From an uncultured Dehalococcoidia bacterium (lineage in GTDB: Bacteria; Chloroflexota; Dehalococcoidia; Lucifugimonadales; UBA3495), in assembly GCA_950072105.1 (NCBI GenBank), contig CATMOE010000038.1:1-36359 (forward strand): a stretch of 36,359 bases of DNA, in the 5' to 3' direction. The notes beneath the pieces were generated by a model that ran no database searches, was not told the DNA's origin, and was given only the letters and a program-made list of their open reading frames with translations. The position numbers were made by a program, and so were the translations under genes. Every line of letters starts with the position of its first letter. Position 1 is the first letter of the stretch. Shown here in pieces: positions 28,473-36,359 of the stretch.

Positions 28473-29783
28473 ATGGATAAACAGGAAAGCACAAAACCTA
28501 AGAGAAATTATGGTTGGGTAATTTTAGGCCTATCTTTTGGGAACTTAATCGTAGAAGGTGGCGTCACAAGAAGTCAACCTGTATTCCTCCCAGCTCTGAG
28601 GCGAGGGTTCGGCGGAAGCGCCGCCATGACAGCTGCTATATTCTCCGCTTCCGGATTTTTCGGTGGATTGGCTGCTCCTATACTTGGGAAAATCCTAGAT
28701 ATTATCGGGCCAAAATACATGTTTCCCTTAGCCGGTATAGTCATTCTCGTTGGATGGTGGGCCAGCAGCATGGTCAGCCATATGTGGCAGCTATTTATAT
28801 TTTATAGTCTAATATCTGCCCTGGGTCACATCTCTATTGGTTCACTCTCCACTACCGCCGTCTTAGCGCCCTGGTTCCCCAAGTCGAAAGGGGTTATGCT
28901 CGGAATCGCTGATTCTGGCAATGCCACGGGCCAAGCTATAACTCCCCCGTTGCTTCAACTCATCGTAACAAATTATGGATGGAGAGCGGGATTTCGAATT
29001 TTTGGAATCGTATTTTTCCTTATAGCCGCGCCCCTGAACTTTTTACTGCAAAGACGTCCTCCGGATGTAGATCCCAAATTATCTGATTCTGAAAATATGG
29101 CCGCAATTAATATCCATGATGAAACTTCGCAATCATCTATCGATACAACCGGTCAGTCCAAAGATATATCGAATGATGCGTACCGGTTTAACGCATTAAA
29201 GGAACCAGCAGTATGGATGCTGTTACTGGCACGAGCAACGGCAGCTATTTCCAATCAAATGACAAGTCTGCATATAATCGCGTTTTTTGTTCTGGCTGGC
29301 TACGGCGAAATGCAATCGGCTGCCGCCATTGGTGCCGCAGGTTTATTCGGTATAGGAGCAAGGCCAGCATTTGGGATACTGTCAGATAAGATCGGCAGAG
29401 AGATAGTTTTCTCTATAGCTATGGGCATGACGTTTATGGCGATATTAGTCGTCTTACTGTTTACGGGAGGAGCTAACCTGTGGGCCTTGATAATATTTGT
29501 AGCTCTAACAGGTTTGAGTGATGGCCTAAGCGGATTGCTTCTTGGGGCAAAGGCTGCAGACATTTACCCATCCAATGTCTTAGGTTCTGTAATGGGTGTT
29601 GTACATGTGGGTAGAAGTATCGGAACAGCGGTGGGAGGGGTACTAACAGGATTGCTATTCGACATAAACGGGGACTATGACCTAGCTTACTGGATTGCAG
29701 CCATACTAGTACTGTTGTCAACAGGAGCCGTGTGGGCCGTAAGGATCGTTGAAACAAAATCCAGAGCGTTAACTGCTGAATAA
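28473..29783 (+). CDS. MFS transporter (oxalate:formate antiporter / MCT-like)
   Basis: 12 TM segments, GKILDIIGPK, WFPKSKG, YGWR and GILSDKIGR; visibly AT-richer than the core genes. Confidence 0.92.
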   Translation: MDKQESTKPKRNYGWVILGLSFGNLIVEGGVTRSQPVFLPALRRGFGGSAAMTAAIFSASGFFGGLAAPILGKILDIIGPKYMFPLAGIVILVGWWASSMVSHMWQLFIFYSLISALGHISIGSLSTTAVLAPWFPKSKGVMLGIADSGNATGQAITPPLLQLIVTNYGWRAGFRIFGIVFFLIAAPLNFLLQRRPPDVDPKLSDSENMAAINIHDETSQSSIDTTGQSKDISNDAYRFNALKEPAVWMLLLARATAAISNQMTSLHIIAFFVLAGYGEMQSAAAIGAAGLFGIGARPAFGILSDKIGREIVFSIAMGMTFMAILVVLLFTGGANLWALIIFVALTGLSDGLSGLLLGAKAADIYPSNVLGSVMGVVHVGRSIGTAVGGVLTGLLFDINGDYDLAYWIAAILVLLSTGAVWAVRIVETKSRALTAE

Positions 29784-29910
29784 ACTTAAGAAAGTGGGCC
29801 TGGTACATGTTCAGTATGTACAGTGTACCTCTAGTGTTATATATCGTTTGGAGATACAGAACCGTGACGGACACAATTACGGCAAACCCCCAAATTCACC
29901 TAAAATAATA

Positions 29911-29937
29911 AGCCCTCAAGAATTGCTCTTGGGGGCT
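29911..29937. terminator. Hairpin terminator between the MFS gene and the tRNA fragment
   Basis: AGCCCTCAAGA / TCTTGGGGGCT with A/T-rich flanks. Confidence 0.7.
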
Positions 29938-29952
29938 ATTTCGTGCTCAAAA

Positions 29953-30014
29953 TGGCGGAGAGGGCAGGATTCGAACTCGCGATACCGTTTCCGGTATACC
30001 GGTGTGCGAGTCCA
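29953..30014 (-). pseudogene. Degenerate 3' part of tRNA-Ser (probably CGA); attachment-site duplicate
   Basis: Minus strand GGACTCGCACACCGG-TATACCGGAAACGGTATC-GCGAGTTCGAATCCTGC-CCTCTCCG-CCA: long variable arm, T-loop, G discriminator and CCA. No D-arm or 5' acceptor strand is present, and the T-stem is mispaired. Confidence 0.85.
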
Positions 30015-30164
30015 AGCTCGTAGGGTACGCATAGGATTATAACGGTTCGTTTAAGGTCGTTTTCGTACACAAGCCCCACCATCTATTAATCGTTTAGGAT
30101 CAACTGGGATCAGTTGTATTTGTTTAGCTTGTACCTTTTTTGTACCTTGTGCGTCCTCACCTCG

Positions 30165-31034
30165 TTAGCCCGGCCACTGCGCTGGCCAGCTGAGTCCGAT
30201 GGGGGTTCTGAGCCGCGCCAAACCGTTCTGGTCGAGAATCACTTGCAACAAATCCCGCAGAAGCGTCCACAGACGATGGGTGCGTTCTTTACCAAGCTGC
30301 AACCAAGGGCCGAGGGCTAAGCCATCGGTTTCCTCCTCGATGCGGGTCCGAGCTGCGAGGCCCTCGTCTGTCAGCCCGCCAGCATCGTCTAGCCAGCCTC
30401 GCTCTTGCAACTCAGCCACCGCTTGATTCCAGACATCATCCGGCCAACGCCAGCTACGGCCGTCTCGAGCCTCCCCCGTCGCCGCGATCAGCAACGGTGC
30501 CGTTTGTTCGGGCGTGAGCCGAGCCGCCATCACTGCGCTGGTATGTCCTTCGCCGCGATGCTCACGAAATAGATTGAGACCGTGCCACAGAGCGACGTGG
30601 GGTTCACTCGGCCACGGAAGCGCTGCGTGCGCTGCGAATAGGGGCCGGCCGGCGATTGAACAACCTACCATAGCCTCGCGTACCAATTCGACTGCCTCGA
30701 CGATCTCAGCGGATTCGATCTGCTGTGGAAGCAGTCGCCGGAGCGCCTGATCCACCGCCTCAAAACGTGCGGCGACGATTCTCTCCGGACTCGCGATGCT
30801 CCAGGCAAGCGGGATCGCAGGTGAAACCATCTCCACGGTGTGATGATAAAAGGTTGCCGAGACAACCTCAGCTGCCACCCGCCCCAACGCGGCGGAACGT
30901 ACCGCATAGTAACTCATGCGATGCTCGCTCAGCCCTAGCTGCTTACAGATAGTCTGTAGCTCTGGCGCCCCAGAACCCGTGAGGACGATCGGCTCGTACA
31001 CCTGAAACATGGCGCGTGCGATCTGTGTTTGCAC
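30165..31034 (-). CDS. SCO6745/SalK-like family protein
   Basis: YYAVRSAALG.V...VV.ATFY, GRPLFAAH..LPWP..P...LWH...FREHRGEGH and L..RGWL; GTG start at 31034 after GGAGG/GAGG. Confidence 0.8.
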   Translation of the reverse strand: MQTQIARAMFQVYEPIVLTGSGAPELQTICKQLGLSEHRMSYYAVRSAALGRVAAEVVSATFYHHTVEMVSPAIPLAWSIASPERIVAARFEAVDQALRRLLPQQIESAEIVEAVELVREAMVGCSIAGRPLFAAHAALPWPSEPHVALWHGLNLFREHRGEGHTSAVMAARLTPEQTAPLLIAATGEARDGRSWRWPDDVWNQAVAELQERGWLDDAGGLTDEGLAARTRIEEETDGLALGPWLQLGKERTHRLWTLLRDLLQVILDQNGLARLRTPIGLSWPAQWPG

Positions 31035-31189
31035 GTTATTTTCCTCTACCTCCAGCGCTCCGCTCTTATCTGCGGGGTGGCCCCGCGGAATGAACAATTC
31101 TGCATACGGCGTTCACTCTTCATTTCCAGCGACCAACAGCGCGATCCCATCTAGCAGGATCCGGACTTCCGGACTAATGGTTTACAGCA

Positions 31190-31702
31190 TCACTCTCCAT
31201 GCCCCCTAATCAAGCCCCGTATCAGTGCTACTTGACCCGTGTGTTGGCTTTCCTCGACGAGGATGTGTCCAACGATCCAGGTTCCAGCCCGGTCACTGCC
31301 CCTGCTGGAATACTCCTGCAACAGGTCGCCGTCTGAGGCATGGTCCAGATATTGGCGTGTGACGGCACGAACTGCGACGAAGTAGGCCATTAGTTCGCTA
31401 AGTGGTATCTCCGGCATCCCCCGGACGTCCTCGCTTGTCTGCCCGAATCCGTTGTCTTCGGGGTCCATGCCGAATCGGTCGGCCCATCCATCCGCGTTCC
31501 ACACCTGGGTGGTCCCTCTCAGGAGCCGACTCACCCACGAGTCCTCGACACGCGCCATATGCCAGACCAACCAGGCAATGTGGTTAGTGTGCATCGTGGG
31601 CTGCCAGCGCGCCTCGGCAGGCGTCAGTCCATCGATCGCACGTTCCAGACTCTGGAGGTATTCCTCAAGTCCACTCCGGATGGCCTCTTTAAATGCATCC
31701 AT
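31190..31702 (-). CDS. DinB/YfiT-family protein (putative thiol S-transferase)
   Basis: NHIAWLVWHMARVED and HILVEESQHTGQ; GGGAGG RBS. Confidence 0.88.
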   Translation of the reverse strand: MDAFKEAIRSGLEEYLQSLERAIDGLTPAEARWQPTMHTNHIAWLVWHMARVEDSWVSRLLRGTTQVWNADGWADRFGMDPEDNGFGQTSEDVRGMPEIPLSELMAYFVAVRAVTRQYLDHASDGDLLQEYSSRGSDRAGTWIVGHILVEESQHTGQVALIRGLIRGHGE

Positions 31703-31745
31703 ATCGAATTTCCTCCCTTTTTCAAGGCCCTACAACACGTACGAT

Positions 31746-33296
31746 TTACTTACCATCTTTAATAAAGTCAGATACTCGCTCCGCGATCATCATAGTAGTG
31801 ACATTAGTGTTTGCGCGTATGCAGTCTGGCATTATCGATGCGTCTACAATCCTAAGATTTTGGATTCCCCGTACTCTTCCGTATTGATTAACGACAGCCA
31901 TACTATCTGAGTCGGGTCCCATCTTGCAGGTGCCCGATATATGTTGTCCTGTTGTTACTTCTCTGATCATATAAGTATTCAGGTCTTCATCTGAAGCAAG
32001 TTCTTCATCTGTGGGTTCAATCCTAGACTCAATGATGTCATTGAACCGTTCATGTTCCCCCAAGCTTACGCACAAACGGACAGCTTCTCTCATTCTTCGA
32101 AGGTCTTCTTCCCGCTGGAAGTAACGATAATCCAAGAATGGTTGTTCATCTGGGTCAGTAGAACTTAATCTCAATTCTCCGGCACTCAGGGCCAATTCGA
32201 GAGACGCCATCATGCGGATCCCCAACGGTGGCATATCTCCTACCCCCCTGTAAGCCCGGTCCGTCGCGTACGATATCATGAATATAAGCAAGTCGTTCCG
32301 AAGATCCGAACCCTCGGCAGTCCATCTTAGATTGGTCTGGAGCCGCGGTGCATAGCCATCTAGGGGATGGTCAGTTTTCGTGCTCCAAGTAACAAATACG
32401 ACAGGATGATCACGGAGATTTTGTCCGACTCCAGGCAAGTCTTTTACTACCGGTATTCCCATATCCTGAAGATGTCCTGCCGGCCCAACGCCAGAAAGTA
32501 ACATGAGGTGTGGTGATCCGATAGCGCCAGAACTAAGGACTATCTCATTACCCTCTACTACGAAACGCTCCCCTTCGCTCTCCACTTCTACTCCTATAGC
32601 CTTAGTTCCGTCGAAGACTATCTTTCGAGTAGTGCAGTTAGGTCGGATAGTGAGGTTCAAGCGGTGGCGGGATGGGTTCAGATACCCCAGTGCTGTACTG
32701 AACCTGATTCCATTGGGATTATTCAAAGGAGTCGGACCCACGCCGCTTGCGTCTGGTGCATTATGGTCTGGACTGTCCGCAAATCCTGAATCGCGACAAG
32801 CTTGATAGAACGCAGTTTGGTCGGTCCTCATCTCTCCCGGCTTGAACCGCCTTGCAACTATAGCTCCTTCAGAGCTGTGGAAATCGTCGTCAGGGAAATC
32901 TGTGTCCGATTCAACTTTGCGGAAATAATGGATGAGATTTTGGAATGCCCATTCGTCATTGCCCATAGACGCCCATGAATCGTAATCCTCTGGCACCCCC
33001 CTTAGAAATACCTGTCCATTAATCGCGCTTGAACCACCGGTGACCTTACCCCTAGGAACCATCATCGGAGGCGCAGTCTCTGTAGCTTTGCCGATGAATT
33101 GCCAGTTGTGGTCGCTAGTCATGATATCTAGGCCAGTTGCATATCCTTGTTTGACTTCCTCCGGCAACTGCTCGAAGTCAGGGTAATCAGGCCCCGCTTC
33201 CAATAGGAGTACGGAATGCTTAGGGTCTTCGCTCAATCTGGATGCAACGATCGATCCGGCAGACCCGGCTCCAACTACGATTGTGTCGTATTTCAA
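31746..33296 (-). CDS. GMC oxidoreductase (choline dehydrogenase / MftG-like)
   Basis: VGAGSAG, LLLEAG, RGKVTGGSSAING, GVGQNLRDHP, HISGTCKMG and VDASIMP...ANTN; TTG start with a GGAG RBS. Confidence 0.93.
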   Translation of the reverse strand: MKYDTIVVGAGSAGSIVASRLSEDPKHSVLLLEAGPDYPDFEQLPEEVKQGYATGLDIMTSDHNWQFIGKATETAPPMMVPRGKVTGGSSAINGQVFLRGVPEDYDSWASMGNDEWAFQNLIHYFRKVESDTDFPDDDFHSSEGAIVARRFKPGEMRTDQTAFYQACRDSGFADSPDHNAPDASGVGPTPLNNPNGIRFSTALGYLNPSRHRLNLTIRPNCTTRKIVFDGTKAIGVEVESEGERFVVEGNEIVLSSGAIGSPHLMLLSGVGPAGHLQDMGIPVVKDLPGVGQNLRDHPVVFVTWSTKTDHPLDGYAPRLQTNLRWTAEGSDLRNDLLIFMISYATDRAYRGVGDMPPLGIRMMASLELALSAGELRLSSTDPDEQPFLDYRYFQREEDLRRMREAVRLCVSLGEHERFNDIIESRIEPTDEELASDEDLNTYMIREVTTGQHISGTCKMGPDSDSMAVVNQYGRVRGIQNLRIVDASIMPDCIRANTNVTTMMIAERVSDFIKDGK

Positions 33297-33428
33297 TGTA
33301 TCGCTCCTACATGACAGGTCTGAAATGGTTGTGGATGATAAGGGCCGATGGTTTCGGAGTCAAGTTACCACTCGGCCTAGGATATCAACACGGTTATTGT
33401 CATTGGCTCCGGTGGAAAGTAGGCTGCG

Positions 33429-33950
33429 TTATACGTTCAACTGGCGCGCTATGTGAGCTTGTAGGGTTTTATTGATGTTGTCTAAATTATTTGAGTATTT
33501 CGCCTGTTCGTTGTCGAGGAAACGCTGAATTGCAGACGCAAAACTCAAGGGCGGGAACCGTACCAGGACACCCGGCTTCAAACCATCCGATTTAGCCGCC
33601 CGGATAGTCCTGCTAGCGTTCAACTGGACCGGCGCATCTACCTCGGAAATTGATGCCAGCCGCTCAGAATGCAGGTATTGCACATAGTCCGCCAACTCTC
33701 CGGAGTCATAAATATCTTTGATTTTATAAATCGTTGGTTTAGCGGCCTGGTACGTCGGTCTTCCTTTAGTGTAGAGCTTATAGAGACTTAGACCGGAAGT
33801 TCCCGAACAGCAGTCGATGACTGCCTGGACTACGCTCCCCGGGACTCTGATCCCTAGGCCCCACAGGAATTGCGCTCTATCTCTCTCCATCGATAATCTG
33901 CCCGTACGGTAATCTTTTCTTACCGTATTGACCTTTGCCGTATCCCACAT
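33429..33950 (-). CDS. Hypothetical protein divergent from the excisionase gene (possible element regulator)
   Basis: ATG at 33950 after GGGAGG; no recognised family. Confidence 0.65.
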   Translation of the reverse strand: MWDTAKVNTVRKDYRTGRLSMERDRAQFLWGLGIRVPGSVVQAVIDCCSGTSGLSLYKLYTKGRPTYQAAKPTIYKIKDIYDSGELADYVQYLHSERLASISEVDAPVQLNASRTIRAAKSDGLKPGVLVRFPPLSFASAIQRFLDNEQAKYSNNLDNINKTLQAHIARQLNV

Positions 33951-34039
33951 CAGATAATCCTCCCACATCCAACAACACACCAAACTCTGGATCATTTGCC
34001 CTAATAATCCAGTATACCAAACCATTGGAGGACACGAAG

Positions 34040-34216
34040 ATGGACAACTCCAAACACTGGACTCCCGAAGAAATAGCTGAGATCTTCAGGGTCCACGTCG
34101 TCACGGTCCGCCGGTGGATTACTGGTGGCCAATTGGGCGCGATTCGCCTCCCTGGAGGTGGCTATCGAATCCCTCAGTCGGAACTTGATCGCCTATGTGC
34201 CGGTTCCTCGGTGTAG
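34040..34216 (+). CDS. Excisionase-like helix-turn-helix (HTH_17) protein
   Basis: WTPEEIAEIFRVHVVTVRRWI..GQL.AIRLPGGGYRIP..EL; GGAGG RBS. Confidence 0.9.
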   Translation: MDNSKHWTPEEIAEIFRVHVVTVRRWITGGQLGAIRLPGGGYRIPQSELDRLCAGSSV

Positions 34217-34227
34217 GTCGGGCGCGT

Positions 34228-34467
34228 TTGACTATCCAACAAGATGTCGCCAAGGTGATCGACCCGAACGGAGTTTCTACTGTCACTGTGCGGTGGGCCA
34301 TCGGTCCTCGCAGCCCAGAATGGGCCGAGCTGTGGCGCCGAATTTTCGTTCACTTTCTCTACAACAATGAGGACGTGACCAACGATGCGGCCCAGGGAAC
34401 CGATGAGCCAGCGGATGTTAATCCGCCCGAGTATAAGGGTATGTGCAATGGTAGCGGTGGAAGCTAG
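34228..34467 (+). CDS. Small hypothetical protein of the element
   Basis: Fills the gap between the excisionase and primase genes; contains EWAELWRRIF. The start is uncertain. Confidence 0.55.
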   Translation: MTIQQDVAKVIDPNGVSTVTVRWAIGPRSPEWAELWRRIFVHFLYNNEDVTNDAAQGTDEPADVNPPEYKGMCNGSGGS

Positions 34468-35530
34468 CCCTCAGTTGAATATTTCCATCAATCGCACCTG
34501 GCCTGCGGAGAAGCTGGGTCTACCTCCTGCTGAGAGACGTTGGGGCAAATATAATGGCAGCTTCCTTGCCGAGGAGCACACGCCAATCAGCCTGCTGGAC
34601 CAAATCACCCAGGGATATAGCTTCACTGCTGTGTTGGGCGGGTGCCAGGGAACATGCTGCGGTGCCTGGTGCACCAAGCCAGACCACAAGGTGCCAGACC
34701 ACTGTGGCCGCCCTGGCGGCTACCGCAGCAACCAGCATTTTGAGTCGGCCCAGTTCATTGCCCTAGACTTCGACACTGGTGACGAGCGGTCCACATTCAG
34801 TTACCTGGTGGACCAACCCCTCGTTGCCCAATTCGGCACATTTCTCTATACCACCCTTAGCCATACCTCTGAAATTCCAAAGGCTCGGGTCGTATTCATA
34901 ACAGGTACAGCCTTCACCCAGCCAGATAACTACCGGAGGGCCAAGAGGGCAGTAATGGCCCGCCTGCCCTGGGGAGATGCATCAGTCCACGACCCATCCC
35001 GGATGTTCTATGGCAGCCATCCCCGCCAAGGCCAAAACCGTTTTCTGGGTAATGTTCTACATCTGTCGATGGTGGACCAGCTGGTTGAACAACACCGGTC
35101 CGAACTGGAGGCGGAGCAATCCCGCCGGGAACTGCCCAGGATACCGGGGAACAAAGTAATGGGTGCCACTCCAGCAGAGCGGTACGTTAATACCGCGATA
35201 CAGCAAGAAGCGGCCTGGGTTTCCAGCCGGATCGAAGGAACCGGGGAGAGACACAAAGGCTTGCTCATCTCCGCGATGAAACTCGCTAGTCTCAGTTTGT
35301 CTGAGTGGCTACCCCCGGAGGTACGTGGTGGAATTGACGTTCATGCCCTGCTTTTATCGGCAGCCCATGCCAACGGCTATGTCTCCAAGTACGGGGAGTC
35401 GGCCGCCCGACAGACCATCTCCGACGGCATCACCTACGCCCGGCCTCGGCTTAGCCCGGATTCTCAGAATTCCTCCAAACCCCGGCTGCGTTGGAGCGGC
35501 GGTCAATGGGTAAAGGCAGTGCGGGCATGA
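34448..35530 (+). CDS. AEP-like primase/polymerase of a mobile element
   Basis: FIALDFD (DxD), YTTLSH, K.RVVF and D.SVHDPSRMFY, with a helical C-terminal domain; ATGA overlap with the next gene. Confidence 0.7.
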   Translation: MVAVEASPQLNISINRTWPAEKLGLPPAERRWGKYNGSFLAEEHTPISLLDQITQGYSFTAVLGGCQGTCCGAWCTKPDHKVPDHCGRPGGYRSNQHFESAQFIALDFDTGDERSTFSYLVDQPLVAQFGTFLYTTLSHTSEIPKARVVFITGTAFTQPDNYRRAKRAVMARLPWGDASVHDPSRMFYGSHPRQGQNRFLGNVLHLSMVDQLVEQHRSELEAEQSRRELPRIPGNKVMGATPAERYVNTAIQQEAAWVSSRIEGTGERHKGLLISAMKLASLSLSEWLPPEVRGGIDVHALLLSAAHANGYVSKYGESAARQTISDGITYARPRLSPDSQNSSKPRLRWSGGQWVKAVRA

Positions 35531-36359
35531 CGGACCAATACAACATTGAAATCCAGCGCCCCGTCCGCGCCCGACGGGGCGACTCCAAGCTAATCGTCGT
35601 GGTCACCGATTCCCAGAGCAAGGAACTCTTCCGGGACCGGGCGGACCTCAACGCCGAAAAGACCCGGATCAGCGTTGCCAAACGCATCGCCGGCATCACC
35701 GGAGACACCGACGACGCCATTGCCGGCCGGCTTCTGGATAAGCTGGGCCACCTGCCCCCGCCAGCTTCACCTGTCAGCAGCGGGCCTACCGCAGGGGCGG
35801 ACCCTTACCCCTACGAGGCGACGCCTGGAGGCTTGATCTGGAACAAAGAGACCACCGAGGGCATCGTCCCGATCCCGCTGACCACGTTCACCGCCGTCAT
35901 TACCGGACAGGCAGTGGAAGATGATGGTGTGGAGACGCGGCGCTTTCTGGAAATCGAGGCCACCCTACGCCAGCGCAATTACCGCTTCCAGGTGGCGGCC
36001 GGGCAGTTCGCCACCATGAACTGGCCCATGGAGCACTTGGGAGCTGCAGCCGCCCTTTGGCCCGGGTTCGGAATTAAAGACCACGCCCGGGCCGCCATCC
36101 AGTTCCTTTCAGGAGACCCGCCTGAGCGGAAGGTGTATGCCCATCTGGGGTGGCGGGAGATCGGTGGCACCTGGTATTACCTGCACGCCGGGGGAGCAAT
36201 CGGCCCGGTGGGCCCAGTCCCAGAGGTGGACGTGTCATTACCCCCGGACCTGGAACTCTACCTGCTGCCGGACCCGCCCCACGGGGCGGAACTGAGGGGG
36301 TCCATACAAGCTAGTCTTCGTCTGCTGGATGTGGCCGGAGAGACGTCGGTCTTTCCGCC
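35527..36359 (+). CDS. DUF927-like replication/helicase protein, N-terminal part; runs off the right edge
   Basis: Not in the ORF track. Open from the ATG at 35527: MTDQYNIEIQ...PLTTFTAVI....EDDG.E...F..MNW...ARAAIQ...VYAHLGWREIGG.W.YLHAGGAIG. Confidence 0.75.
   Translation, partial: MTDQYNIEIQRPVRARRGDSKLIVVVTDSQSKELFRDRADLNAEKTRISVAKRIAGITGDTDDAIAGRLLDKLGHLPPPASPVSSGPTAGADPYPYEATPGGLIWNKETTEGIVPIPLTTFTAVITGQAVEDDGVETRRFLEIEATLRQRNYRFQVAAGQFATMNWPMEHLGAAAALWPGFGIKDHARAAIQFLSGDPPERKVYAHLGWREIGGTWYYLHAGGAIGPVGPVPEVDVSLPPDLELYLLPDPPHGAELRGSIQASLRLLDVAGETSVFP

Larger units (their letters stand above)
29953..36359. mobile_element. tRNA-Ser-targeting integrative element / phage-satellite-like island (left part; continues past the window)
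   Basis: tRNA 3' duplicate at the boundary, arm-like repeats TTGTACCTT at 30129 and 30140, and an excisionase-primase-DUF927 module. No integrase is in the window. Confidence 0.75.

Noticed and set aside
29953..30040. Functional tRNA-Ser gene
   Set aside because: The 5' acceptor strand and D-arm are absent, and the T-stem is mispaired.

Overview
Bacterial chromosomal window. Gene content (LLM monooxygenase, tandem amidases, HpaB, GMC oxidoreductase, DinB protein, RpoD with a long insert) suggests Chloroflexota, class Dehalococcoidia, SAR202-like; this is inferred, not searched. About 1-22.6 kb is GC-rich core and metabolic DNA: amidases, glmU, a CBS/CorC protein, a sortase, dnaG-rpoD, hpaB, an acetylxylan esterase, an MFS transporter, a globin, an aroQ-like gene, xth, VOC, CDGSH and amidohydrolase genes. 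It is dotted with REP-like palindromes, one cluster of them next to a GIY-YIG nuclease gene. The standout gene is a 691-aa fusion of a DapA-like aldolase, an MfnB-like furan synthase and a TusA-like sulfur carrier (17223-19298). About 22.7-29.9 kb is an accessory, decaying zone with a sensor kinase carrying two lesions, an LLM gene bounded by 22-bp direct repeats, and an array of four variant 24-bp palindromes. A degenerate tRNA-Ser 3' fragment at about 29.95 kb marks the end of an integrative, phage-satellite-like element. That element carries cargo (SCO6745-like, DinB, GMC) and an excisionase-primase-DUF927 module, and it runs off the right edge. All family calls come from motif recognition by eye.
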